From the NCBI GenBank assembly GCA_965140445.1, contig OZ223236.1, positions 3,840,001 through 3,904,000 on the forward strand: a DNA stretch of 64,000 bases. Direction: 5' to 3'. The notes below the pieces were generated by a model. The model worked only from the letters and a program-made list of their open reading frames with translations, searched no databases and had not been told where the DNA came from. The DNA comes from Candidatus Ozemobacteraceae bacterium (GTDB lineage: Bacteria > Muiribacteriota > Ozemobacteria > Ozemobacterales > Ozemobacteraceae). Below are positions 28,403-37,911 of the stretch, piece by piece; position 1 is the stretch's first letter; every line of letters starts with the position of its first letter. A program made the translations under genes and the position numbers.

Positions 28403-29050
28403 TCAGGATTTAGGCTTATCCATTTTATAGATTCCATCTACAATCCCGTATTCCATAGACTCTTCCGCATCCATCCAATAGTCGCGATCAAAATCTTTGA
28501 TAACACGATCTTTTGATTTTCCGCAATTTTTGGCAAGAATCTTTGCCGCTACTTCTCTGGTTTTGATGATCTGTTTAGCTTGTATTTCAAGATCGCTAGC
28601 TTGACCATACAAAAATTCAACGCTTGGCTGATGGATCATCACTCTTCCATGGGGAAAAATAAAACGTTGCCCTTTTTCACCTGAAGAAAGAAGAATAGAG
28701 CCCATAGAAGCTGCCAGCCCCATACATACAGTAGAAACTGGTGAACTAATGAGTTTCATGGCATCCATTATCGCATATCCCGATGAAACTATTCCACCCG
28801 GGCTGTTAATAAAGAACGTAATTGGCTCACCAGGAGCCATTGCTTCAAGATATAGCAGCTTACTTACTACACTTTTTGAGGTATCGTCATCAACTGGCCC
28901 CCACAAAAAGATTTTCCTGTCTTGAAGCAGTTTCTGTTCTACAGCCTCATTTGTCTCGCTCTTATCTTCTTTGTCCTTTTCCTCTTCCTCTTCTTCTTCA
29001 TCTTCGTTTTCATCACAGAGATAGAGGTCTTTCTTAAGCTTTTTTACCAT
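28403..29050 (-). CDS. clpP: ATP-dependent Clp protease proteolytic subunit
   Basis: INSPGG, AASMG (Ser), MIHQP (His), DRD (Asp); ATG 29050 with AGGAG RBS; acidic N-terminal extension. Confidence 0.95.
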   Translation of the reverse strand: MVKKLKKDLYLCDENEDEEEEEEEKDKEDKSETNEAVEQKLLQDRKIFLWGPVDDDTSKSVVSKLLYLEAMAPGEPITFFINSPGGIVSSGYAIMDAMKLISSPVSTVCMGLAASMGSILLSSGEKGQRFIFPHGRVMIHQPSVEFLYGQASDLEIQAKQIIKTREVAAKILAKNCGKSKDRVIKDFDRDYWMDAEESMEYGIVDGIYKMDKPKS

Positions 29051-29161
29051 TTTAAGAACTCCTGACAAATTATTTCAGGCTGATTATAACTTTATTCAAT
29101 TTGTTTTGATACCGTTTTTTGAAACTTTCTGCTATTTTATCTATCATTAGTTTGTATTTAA

Positions 29162-30127
29162 GTGACATTTCAGCGAGTAAAAGTTAAACCAATGAAAAAT
29201 AGAGCAGACTGCCATAGAAATATTGGACCACACCTTTTCGTCTTTTTTCTAGCAATGTTCATGATTGTTTTTGGATTGGGCTTTTTTGGCGAAGAGGTGC
29301 AAAAACACGGCATTTTATCCCTGAGAGTAATAGCAATAGGTTTTATATCAATGCTAATTATTGGAATGGGCGGGATAATGGCTTTCTTTTCACTTACTGA
29401 GTGCCGAAGCGAATACAAAAAATATAGATATTTTAAAGCTTATCCGGATCGCCCCTGGAAGTATGATGAAAGATGGAAAGGCTTTACAGCATCGACCCAT
29501 AATATCAGTGAATTTATTATTATTACCCTGGCCGCTTTCTTTCTATGGGGATTTTCTGGATTCATCGCAGTTTCCTGGTATCAGGGAGTTGAAATTCATT
29601 GGATATTAAAAATACTTGGTTGTATCAGCACAATATATGCTTTTTTTACTTCGCTGGTTTCCATATCCTCACTATTAAACCATCTGAGGTTTGGCAATTC
29701 CAAAATTAAATTCAACCAGATCCCGATCCCTCCCGGAACAGAATTTGAAGCTGTTCTAATTGCAGCAAATATGTTTGGAAAAGCTGAAAAGATTACCTAT
29801 GAACTTTTGTGCAAAAAAACCATTAAAGAAGGCTCTGGAAAAAGAGCAGATACTAAAGAAGAAGTAGTTTTTTCCGTAAAGAAAAAAACATCTATAGCTA
29901 GTTGCTCAAGTATCAAACGGAAAATGATCTTACCTGTTAAATTGAGGATTCCTGAAAACGCCCATGTTGATCAAAAAGAAACCCATCCTCAATTTGAGTG
30001 GTTTCTAAGCTTTACCATTGAAATGCCAGGTTTGAATTATAATGCAGTTTTTCCAATCCCCGTTTATTCGCCCTCATCAAAAGAGCACATTGAATTTTAT
30101 AATCAAACCTCACAATTAGAGGATTAA
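29162..30127 (+). CDS. Hypothetical membrane protein (4 TM plus beta-rich C-terminal domain)
   Basis: 321-aa ORF with four hydrophobic segments; ends PGLNYNAVFPIPVY. Start uncertain (GTG 29162 or ATG 29192). Confidence 0.7.
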   Translation: MTFQRVKVKPMKNRADCHRNIGPHLFVFFLAMFMIVFGLGFFGEEVQKHGILSLRVIAIGFISMLIIGMGGIMAFFSLTECRSEYKKYRYFKAYPDRPWKYDERWKGFTASTHNISEFIIITLAAFFLWGFSGFIAVSWYQGVEIHWILKILGCISTIYAFFTSLVSISSLLNHLRFGNSKIKFNQIPIPPGTEFEAVLIAANMFGKAEKITYELLCKKTIKEGSGKRADTKEEVVFSVKKKTSIASCSSIKRKMILPVKLRIPENAHVDQKETHPQFEWFLSFTIEMPGLNYNAVFPIPVYSPSSKEHIEFYNQTSQLED

Positions 30128-30131
30128 AAAA

Positions 30132-30156
30132 AGGGAATTGCCAATGGCAACTCCCT
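30132..30156. terminator. Terminator hairpin between convergent genes, downstream of deaD
   Basis: agggaattgcca / tggcaactccct with an A-run on the left (U-tract on the - strand). Confidence 0.65.
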
Positions 30157-30174
30157 CTAATTTGTCAAAAATTA

Positions 30175-32028
30175 TTAAGCTCTATCGCGACGACTTCTCA
30201 ATCTTCGTTTGTTAGAACTTCTGTCATTACTTTTTCCGTATGATTTGCGAGGACTAGAGAATCCAACACTTTTACCAGCTGGTCTCTTGTGAGCTTTTTC
30301 ATGGAATGGAGGTGGTCTTCTTGTGCTATTTTCATCTCTAACTTCACCTGAGTCCGCCTGTGGAGATGGATCACCAACCTTACTCATTGCCATTCTCTGA
30401 CCAACAATTGTCGCCTTGCTGAGTCGTCTAAGATCCTTGAAGCGTAACCCCACAGGAAGATCAACAGTGGAAAAGTCTTCATAAATTTGAATTCTTCCAA
30501 TATCTTTACTTGGCATTCCAGTTTCACCTGCAATAGCACCAACAATATTTCCTGGTTTTACACCATGGCAATGGCCGACTTCGACTCTGTAGGTTTCCAT
30601 GCCTTCTTCATCAGTCTGAACAATTTCATCATTTCTTGATCTACTGCTACGAGGGCGTCGACCTCTTCCATCAAAATCGTCATCGTGGCGAGGTCTTTCT
30701 TTCTTTTCAGCGATTTCTTCCAGCAACAAAGGAACTTCACCCTGAACAAGTTTTGCCAGGGCTGCAGCGATTTCGATTGAAGGAACATCATTTTCTTTAC
30801 GATAGCTTTCAACCAAAGCTCTGAAGAAATCCAGATTGTTCTCAGCAAGAGTGTCTGAAATCTTTTGTTTAAAGCCTGTAATTCTATTGTCATTGATTAT
30901 TGAAGTGGAAGGTAATTCCATCAATTCTATTTTTTGCCTGGTTGCTTCTTCAATTTCCCTGAGCATATATTTTTCTTTTGGTTTCAAGAAAAGAATAGCA
31001 TCGCCACTTTTCCCGGCTCGACCCGTTCTTCCAATTCTGTGAACATAAGCCTCAGTATCAAAAGGAACATCGTAGTTTATTACATGGGTAATTCTGTCCA
31101 CATCAAGTCCGCGAGCAGCAACATCAGTAGCGACAAGAATGTTTATCTTGCCACTTTTAAGCTGTTCAATAGTTCTTTCTCTCTGATTCTGAGCGATGTC
31201 TCCATTAATTGCAGAGGAAGAATATCCCCTTGCTTCTAATTTTTCTGAAATCTCCACAGTCTCCATTCTTGTTCTGGCAAAAATGATTGCCGCATCAAAT
31301 GGCTCTGCTTCAAGCACACGCGTAAGAGCGTCCATTTTTCTGTACCCTCTTACCATTAGATAACGCTGTCTCGTGGTTTCTACGGTAGTGGTGGTGGACT
31401 TAATTGTAATTTCTTCAGGATTATCCTGATATTTTCTAGCAATTTTCCTAATTTCGTTAGGAACTGTTGCAGAAAAAAGTGCAATCTGATGTTTTTCAGG
31501 TATTTGATCAAGAATCCATTCTACATCTTCTTGAAAACCCATTTTAAGCATTTCATCAGCTTCGTCTAAAACAAGAATTTTTAATTCATCAAGTTCAAGA
31601 GTTCCGCGACGAATATGGTCCATAACACGGCCCGGGGTTCCAACTACAACCTGAACACCTTTTTTGAGGCTTCTTAGCTGATTCCCATATTCCTGACCAC
31701 CATAAATTGGTAAAACACGAAAGCCTTTTACGTGTTTTGCATATCTTTGGAAAGCCTCAGAAACTTGTATGGCTAATTCCCTTGTAGGAGTTAAAACCAA
31801 TGCTTGAGGTGTTCTTTCATCGGTATCAATGCGATTGATTATTGGCAGAGCAAAAGCAGCTGTTTTTCCAGTACCAGTCTGAGCTTGTCCTAAAACGTCC
31901 CGTCCAGTTTGAATCGCTGGAATAATCTGCGCCTGGATTGGGAATGGAACTTCGTATCCAAGCTCATTCACGGCCTTCAGGATTTCTGGTTTTAGATCAA
32001 GATCAGAGAATTTGTTAATTTCGTTCAT
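30175..32028 (-). CDS. deaD: DEAD-box RNA helicase DeaD/CsdA
   Basis: AQTGTGKT, PTRELA, DEAD, SAT, ARGLD, HRIGRTGRAG and a C-terminal DbpA-type RNA-binding domain. ATG 32028 with AAGGA RBS. Confidence 0.95.
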   Translation of the reverse strand: MNEINKFSDLDLKPEILKAVNELGYEVPFPIQAQIIPAIQTGRDVLGQAQTGTGKTAAFALPIINRIDTDERTPQALVLTPTRELAIQVSEAFQRYAKHVKGFRVLPIYGGQEYGNQLRSLKKGVQVVVGTPGRVMDHIRRGTLELDELKILVLDEADEMLKMGFQEDVEWILDQIPEKHQIALFSATVPNEIRKIARKYQDNPEEITIKSTTTTVETTRQRYLMVRGYRKMDALTRVLEAEPFDAAIIFARTRMETVEISEKLEARGYSSSAINGDIAQNQRERTIEQLKSGKINILVATDVAARGLDVDRITHVINYDVPFDTEAYVHRIGRTGRAGKSGDAILFLKPKEKYMLREIEEATRQKIELMELPSTSIINDNRITGFKQKISDTLAENNLDFFRALVESYRKENDVPSIEIAAALAKLVQGEVPLLLEEIAEKKERPRHDDDFDGRGRRPRSSRSRNDEIVQTDEEGMETYRVEVGHCHGVKPGNIVGAIAGETGMPSKDIGRIQIYEDFSTVDLPVGLRFKDLRRLSKATIVGQRMAMSKVGDPSPQADSGEVRDENSTRRPPPFHEKAHKRPAGKSVGFSSPRKSYGKSNDRSSNKRRLRSRRDRA

Positions 32029-32273
32029 TTTTCTTCCTTTGTGTAACTGCGCCCACGCAAGGGCACTAACTGTGGCAAAAGTGGAAAACAATGCGTTAGA
32101 CTCTGGAGCAGAGCGGAGAACCAAACATGGCTCCAACACGTGTAATGCGCTGCCGCTTTCTTTTGCGGTAAATCATAAAATTCCATAAACACGCGCTCAA
32201 CCGAGAAAGTGTGTCTTCTGAAACTGCTAAAGACGATTCAAGGAGAACCCCAATATCGAACCATAACTGTAAC

Positions 32274-32302
32274 ATTCTACCACAAACGGTACAATTTCTC
32301 AA
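32274..32302 (-). promoter_or_regulatory. sigma70-type promoter of deaD
   Basis: TTGAGA-17 bp-TAGAAT with an extended TG on the - strand. Confidence 0.65.
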
Positions 32303-32324
32303 TCCAAATCGATTGTAAAAACAG

Positions 32325-33095
32325 CTAATTTTTTTGCTTGTTTTTTAAATATTCCTCTATCATCAAAAGACCTTCTTCAGGCACTCCCAATGCTTTTGCT
32401 GTCTCTGGTGTAACTGAGCGGCTCATCCATTTTATTTCCCAACCATGGTTAATAAAAGTGTCTGCTAAAATTACACTTTTTCCAAGCCGTTTGGTTCTGA
32501 AAAGACGAAGGTCTTCTCTTTTGTGCCACCATGAATAAGCAGCAACTTCAGTACAAGTAAAAGCGGGCTCATACTTTTTCAACCAGCGAGCGCCCTCTTT
32601 TAAATGAGCTCTGGCTTCTTCTTCGTTTTGCCCTGACCAATACTTTATTTCTTCTTCAATATCAAACTTAAAATCGGGATCGTATTTGCTGCCAACAATT
32701 TGCTTAGCCTTTTTACAAGCACCCTTCCGCTCTTCTTCTGTAACATTTTTGGGGCTAAGTATAATTGTAAAATCTGAATACAAAGCGTAAAGATAGTTTC
32801 TATGAAGAACACCTTCACTAACTGCCTCTACGATTTTGCCAGTATATCCATCTTCAGTATGAATCCATGCATGGATCATGAATCCAGAAATAGCAAGATT
32901 TTCCAGGTAGCCAGCCTCACGGTGCAACCCAACATCACCATATTCTAACTGGTCAACCATTTCCATTATTTCTTCATAGTCAATTTCACGAGTTACAACT
33001 GCCCAGGTAACCCATGGAAATTTATCCAATCTACGAATCTTCCCCACAAAAAATACCGCTTTTACCCACAAGTCGTGAAAAAACTCTCTAATCAT
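32325..33095 (-). CDS. Permuted papain-like NlpC/P60 amidase (YiiX/YaeF-like)
   Basis: His before Cys: YGDV...IHAWIH...IVEAVSEGV...GSKYD...FTCTEVAAY. Start ATG 33095 or TTG 33104. Confidence 0.65.
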   Translation of the reverse strand: MIREFFHDLWVKAVFFVGKIRRLDKFPWVTWAVVTREIDYEEIMEMVDQLEYGDVGLHREAGYLENLAISGFMIHAWIHTEDGYTGKIVEAVSEGVLHRNYLYALYSDFTIILSPKNVTEEERKGACKKAKQIVGSKYDPDFKFDIEEEIKYWSGQNEEEARAHLKEGARWLKKYEPAFTCTEVAAYSWWHKREDLRLFRTKRLGKSVILADTFINHGWEIKWMSRSVTPETAKALGVPEEGLLMIEEYLKNKQKN

Positions 33096-33256
33096 ATTCC
33101 CCAACTTCCAATTTTATTTTTTTCTAAACTACCATAGATAAGGAATAAAGGAAATATTTCACTCTATTTTTCATTCAACATTAAACAATGAAAGAGAATT
33201 GAATGTTTGAAATGCTAATGCTATCTTTTTTATAAGCTAAGCCCGCGGAGAAAAAA

Positions 33257-33802
33257 TTGAGAATCTTTTTAAAAATAATCATACTTTTGGTATTTCTTGC
33301 TCTGGCAATTTTAAGACAAGCTGGAATAAGCCAGAACCATTCGCCAATAACTGCAGAATCTACCGCCACAAGCGTTAAGGATAGTTTGAACGGATATGAA
33401 ATAAATCATCCGGCTGATTGGCAGGTAAAGCCAACTCCAGGTTCAAAAAGTCTGGTAAAGCTCAATATGATGGACCCAACTGGAAAATTTGGACTTCAAC
33501 TAAGGGTTTATCCATCGAGAAATATCGAAATGGAAATCTTTTTAGACTGGTATGCTAAAGATTTCAAAAAAGACATGAAAGACCCTATAGAACTTGCCAG
33601 AGGAGATTTTAATGCTGGAGATGCAAAAGGAAAATTTATTTCATTTGATGGACGAAAAAGAAATAAATACTTCTTAAAAAGTTACCTTTTTGCCAACGAG
33701 AAAAAAGTAATAGTCCTACAGGGCGGATGCCCATTCATAAAAAAAGATACGCTTGAAGCAGAATTAGACAAAATCGCAGCGAGCTTAAAATTGTTGGACT
33801 AA
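33257..33802 (+). CDS. Hypothetical exported protein (PsbP/Mog1-like pattern)
   Basis: Signal or anchor helix, GYEINHPADW, ends LDKIAASLKL; GGAG RBS with TTG start. Confidence 0.6.
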   Translation: MRIFLKIIILLVFLALAILRQAGISQNHSPITAESTATSVKDSLNGYEINHPADWQVKPTPGSKSLVKLNMMDPTGKFGLQLRVYPSRNIEMEIFLDWYAKDFKKDMKDPIELARGDFNAGDAKGKFISFDGRKRNKYFLKSYLFANEKKVIVLQGGCPFIKKDTLEAELDKIAASLKLLD

Positions 33803-33845
33803 TAAAAAAAGGAGCTATCCCTTGATGGTTAGCTCCCTTTTATTC
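33803..33845. terminator. Bidirectional terminator between convergent genes
   Basis: ggagcta / tagctcc stem flanked by A- and T-runs. Confidence 0.6.
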
Positions 33846-33858
33846 AGATTTTTATTTT

Positions 33859-34356
33859 TTAATCATCACTCTCTGAATCGTCGCTGCTTTTGTCTTCCGA
33901 GTCAGAATCTTCATCCTTGTCTTCGTCTTTTTTATCATCATTTGCAGGCTTTTCAGTTTGATTTTCATCATCACCAGATACTTTTTCTTCGCCATTGTCT
34001 TCTGGTTCTTCTTTTTCTTCAGGCTCATCCCTTGCAGGCTCTTCATAAACCGGCTCTGGCTTGTATTCAGGTCTGATTTCTTCCCAGGTTTGTGCAGTTA
34101 AACTACTTCCGCTAAGAGTTCCTTCTATTTTAACCGTTTTATGCTCATAAAAATTTGCCAGTGATTTCCCATTTTCATCCATAACGATTGAATAGGAAAC
34201 GCTATCAGTATTTAACTTTGCACCAGTAATATTTCTTCCTGGTGATCTTTCAAGGGAAATAGTTCCAGTAATAACCTCTGCAAAAGCCGGATATATCCCC
34301 AGAACAAGGCATAAGCCAACGGCACCAACAAACCATTTCAAAAAGCGCACCTTCAT
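33859..34356 (-). CDS. Hypothetical secreted protein with a small beta domain and a highly acidic tail
   Basis: Signal peptide ending AFA, Asp/Glu-rich C-terminus, AAGGAG RBS. Confidence 0.75.
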   Translation of the reverse strand: MKVRFLKWFVGAVGLCLVLGIYPAFAEVITGTISLERSPGRNITGAKLNTDSVSYSIVMDENGKSLANFYEHKTVKIEGTLSGSSLTAQTWEEIRPEYKPEPVYEEPARDEPEEKEEPEDNGEEKVSGDDENQTEKPANDDKKDEDKDEDSDSEDKSSDDSESDD

Positions 34357-34525
34357 ACCAATCTCCTTTGGTTTAATCCTTATCTAAGAGTATCACTATC
34401 TGTTATTTTAAGCTCAACAATTTTTCATTAAAATTTCCCAATAGACAAATTCTTTTAGATTTGAATAATAAGGCTTGTACAAGTATCATCAATTTTGAAG
34501 CTATTTAGACTGGAACAATAAAGTA

Positions 34526-35887
34526 ATGACTTCTAGCAAAGCAAACTATCTTATAAAATCTTCCTGCAGACAATGCCAATCTTCTGTTTCAACAGAATCA
34601 AAAACCTGCCCCTTATGCGGTTTAGCCAGACCAATCGTTGAGAAACTGAATCCTTTGGAGAAAGAATATCTTAACAGTACACCTATGGTTCCTGCCAAAT
34701 TTCAGGATATGTGTAACACTGTCAATCCGCACCTGAATTTAGCTCAAAACCTAAAATCTGAACTACGAGATTACATAAACAATATTGGGAGCAGCTATCT
34801 TTTTATAATTTCTTTTCTGGCCATAATCCTTGGTGGCGGTATGTTAATGGCAGAGGTGCTTTTCCCCCTCAGCTTTATGCTTTTCTGGGCGGGACTTGTC
34901 TATGTTGGCTTTGACAGCATTAATTTCATGCGAGCTTTAACAATTACTTTTCTGGTAAAAAGGCTTCAGTTAAAAACTGGTTTAGCCCCCTACCCAGTAT
35001 TATTTAAACTTGAAAGCCAGATAGACCAAATTTTAGAAAGTCTTCAATTGCTGGTAAATTCATTTTTTGTAAGAGATTGGAGCAAGGCAAGCGATGAGTT
35101 CCAGGCATCCTCTGAGAATTTTTTAACTGCTGCACGAGTACTTACAGCCAGACTAAAAAATCATGCGACCATTTCTCTTGAAACAGCTTCTCTTATCTGG
35201 CGCAATAACGTTTATTCAATAGTAGCTATGGATTCAAGTTTTCAGGAAAAAGCAGTTGCAATTGGAAACAAAATAAAAGAAGCAGAAGCCATGATTTTAA
35301 GATACAGGTGGCTGGTAAACCTTGAAAAGATCAATGAAGTCCTTGAAGATTATATCTCAAAAGGCCTTCCCGAAGATCAAAGTGATGCCCAGATATTTGC
35401 ACAGACAATAATTGAAAAATTTAATCTGTCGCAATTTGGAGCAATATCAGAAGAATTTGTCGGCGATTTTCAGCACGTTCCATTTGATTTACCTTTTAAA
35501 TGCAGATATTACTGGCATCAGCAGTTACCGCCATTCCCTTTAAACCAGGAAGAATTTCTGCAAAAACTTGATACTCCTGCGATAAGAGAGCTATTTGAAA
35601 GTATAAGTCAGGTAAGAGCATTAAAAGCTAAGCTCGAAGAGCAAATGGTATTGTCCACAGCTTCTAAAGCGCTTGCAAATGCTGCTTCTATCGACCAAAA
35701 CACTCCTGCAACCCTTGAAGCCCAGGAGCTACTTCGCTTTCAACTCTATTCCAAGTATCTGGATATTCCAAAATTTCAACCTGAGTCTGAGCAAGTTCAA
35801 AAAGCTGTCGACAAGCTTTCGGCAGATGCAAGAGTCGCACTTGGAAGCGAAAACATAAATTTAATCTCAGGTTTAGGGAAAGAATAA
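34526..35887 (+). CDS. Hypothetical protein with an N-terminal zinc ribbon and two TM helices
   Basis: CRQC...CPLC, two hydrophobic segments, helical C-terminus. Confidence 0.75.
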   Translation: MTSSKANYLIKSSCRQCQSSVSTESKTCPLCGLARPIVEKLNPLEKEYLNSTPMVPAKFQDMCNTVNPHLNLAQNLKSELRDYINNIGSSYLFIISFLAIILGGGMLMAEVLFPLSFMLFWAGLVYVGFDSINFMRALTITFLVKRLQLKTGLAPYPVLFKLESQIDQILESLQLLVNSFFVRDWSKASDEFQASSENFLTAARVLTARLKNHATISLETASLIWRNNVYSIVAMDSSFQEKAVAIGNKIKEAEAMILRYRWLVNLEKINEVLEDYISKGLPEDQSDAQIFAQTIIEKFNLSQFGAISEEFVGDFQHVPFDLPFKCRYYWHQQLPPFPLNQEEFLQKLDTPAIRELFESISQVRALKAKLEEQMVLSTASKALANAASIDQNTPATLEAQELLRFQLYSKYLDIPKFQPESEQVQKAVDKLSADARVALGSENINLISGLGKE

Positions 35888-35899
35888 AGTTTATTCCCG

Positions 35900-37786
35900 C
35901 TATTTTAAACCCTCTAGCTCCTCCCACCTTTCCAGACTGGTTAAGAGAGTTTCTTCCAGCTCATCAAGGCGGCTTTTTACAGCAGAAATATCTTCTCCGC
36001 TTTTATAAAACTCTGGATCGCCAAGTTTTTCCTGGAGAGAGCCTATTTCTAATTCTATTTTTTCAATTTGCCCTGGAATTCTTTCCAATTCCTGCTTTTC
36101 TTTGAAAGACATTTTTTTGGCTTTTTTGAGTTCTTTTTCGCTTCGGGCCTTCTCTTTTTCTTCTTTGGCCTTTTCTTCAAGCTCCAGTGCCAGCTGGCGT
36201 TTTTCCTCTATCCAGTCTTCATAGCCACCAACAATCTCACGAACTTCCCCATTTTCTCCGAAAACAATAGTACTCGAAACCACATTGCTCAAAAAAGTTC
36301 GATCATGGCAAATCAAAAGGACAGTGCCCGTATAGGATGCCAACAGCTCTTCAAGTAATTCTAAAGTTTCAATATCAAGATCGTTAGTTGGTTCATCCAT
36401 AACCAGAAAATTTGTTGGTTGCGCAAAAAGCTTGGCAAGCATAACCCGATTTTTTTCACCACCAGATAATATGCTCACCTTTGTCTTTGCACGCTCTGGT
36501 GTAAAAAGAAAATTCTGTAAATAGGTAATTATATGCGTATCTTTGCCATCAATTGTTAAGGTATCTCCGCCAGGCAAAACATTTTCCCAGATAGTTTTTG
36601 ATTCGTCCAGGCAGTTTCGAAGCTGATCAAAATAAGTCACCTCAAGATTTACACCGGTTTTGATCTCTCCTCTTTCAGGCTTTAGCTCCCCAAGCAACAC
36701 CTTTATCAAAGTAGTTTTCCCACAGCCATTTGGGCCTATGACGCCAATCTTATCCCCTCTAACTATGCTGAGATTAAAATCATTAATAATCTTCTTTCCC
36801 GGGTAACTGAAGGATATGTGTTTTGCTTCAATAATGTCATTTCCAGATATCTGGCCTTCAGCCACACTTATCTTTGCCTTGCCCTGACGATACCTTCGTT
36901 GTCTTCTTTCTTCACGCATCTTCTTAAGAGCTCTAACTCGCCCTTCATTACGCGTTCTTCTAGCCTGAATACCTTTCCTGATCCAAACTTCTTCCTGAGC
37001 AAGCTTTTTATCAAAACGCTCCCAGTCTTTTTCTTCTGCGGCCAATAATTCAGCCTTTCGAGCGAGAAAAGTATCATAATCACAAGCCCAGTCAAAAAGC
37101 TTGCCCCGATCAATTTCTACAATTCTTGTGGCAAGTCTTCGCAATAGAGCTCTGTCATGCGTTACAAACATCATAGAAACATTGGTTCTGAGAAGAAATT
37201 CTTCCATCCAGGCAATGGTTTCTATATCTAAATGGTTTGTGGGCTCATCAAGGAGTAAAACATCAGGATCTGAAACAAGGGCAGAAGCCAGTAAAACTCT
37301 TCGCTTCTGACCACCAGAAAGATCCTCATAAACCCAATTCTGATCAATGTCCATTCTCGAAGCTATTTTGCCAATTTCATCAAGAATGTTCCATGCACTT
37401 TTGGATTCAATCTCATCACGTAAAAGAGACAGTTTTTCCTGAGGATGGTGTGGGTCACTTATCAATTTTTGCTCCTCTCGATAGTATTCAAGGAGCAGTT
37501 TTCCCTTTTCACCAAGTCCGGAGGCAATTATATCAAAAACACTTCCAGAGAACTTTGAAGAAATATTTTGTGCAAAATATGCAACCTTAACACCCTGCTG
37601 AAACTGTACAACTCCACTATCGGGCTGAAGTTCGCCAGCAATAGTTCGCATTAATGTTGTTTTTCCAGCTCCATTTCTTCCAAGGATACAAATTCTCTGG
37701 CCCTTCTCCATGTGAAAAGTCACATTTTCAAGAATTGGGGTGCCGCTGAAATTTAAGGTTAGATTCTGCAAAGATATTAATGCCAT
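35900..37786 (-). CDS. uup: ABC-F family ATPase Uup
   Basis: Two NBDs (GRNGAGKTT, LSGGQ, DEPTN; GPNGCGKTT, LSGGE), EEVWIRKGIQARRTRNEGRVRAL linker and a coiled-coil C-terminal domain ending RWEELE. Confidence 0.92.
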   Translation of the reverse strand: MALISLQNLTLNFSGTPILENVTFHMEKGQRICILGRNGAGKTTLMRTIAGELQPDSGVVQFQQGVKVAYFAQNISSKFSGSVFDIIASGLGEKGKLLLEYYREEQKLISDPHHPQEKLSLLRDEIESKSAWNILDEIGKIASRMDIDQNWVYEDLSGGQKRRVLLASALVSDPDVLLLDEPTNHLDIETIAWMEEFLLRTNVSMMFVTHDRALLRRLATRIVEIDRGKLFDWACDYDTFLARKAELLAAEEKDWERFDKKLAQEEVWIRKGIQARRTRNEGRVRALKKMREERRQRRYRQGKAKISVAEGQISGNDIIEAKHISFSYPGKKIINDFNLSIVRGDKIGVIGPNGCGKTTLIKVLLGELKPERGEIKTGVNLEVTYFDQLRNCLDESKTIWENVLPGGDTLTIDGKDTHIITYLQNFLFTPERAKTKVSILSGGEKNRVMLAKLFAQPTNFLVMDEPTNDLDIETLELLEELLASYTGTVLLICHDRTFLSNVVSSTIVFGENGEVREIVGGYEDWIEEKRQLALELEEKAKEEKEKARSEKELKKAKKMSFKEKQELERIPGQIEKIELEIGSLQEKLGDPEFYKSGEDISAVKSRLDELEETLLTSLERWEELEGLK

Positions 37787-37871
37787 AAATGTCTCCGATG
37801 AAATTAGAGTCCCATGTTAGCAGAAAACTCCATTGTTTGCAGAACAAAGAAAGAAAATTGGCAAAAAAAAA

Positions 37872-37897
37872 GCAACTTCGCATGTTTGCGAAGTTGC
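37872..37897 (-). terminator. Intrinsic terminator of the sulfur operon
   Basis: gcaacttcgca / tgcgaagttgc with a U-tract on the - strand. Confidence 0.75.
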
Positions 37898-37911
37898 AAT
37901 GTTATAACGAC

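Noticed and set aside
32029..32139. ORF-track N-terminal extension of DeaD
   Set aside because: DeaD similarity and the RBS point to ATG 32028; the extension is leader sequence.
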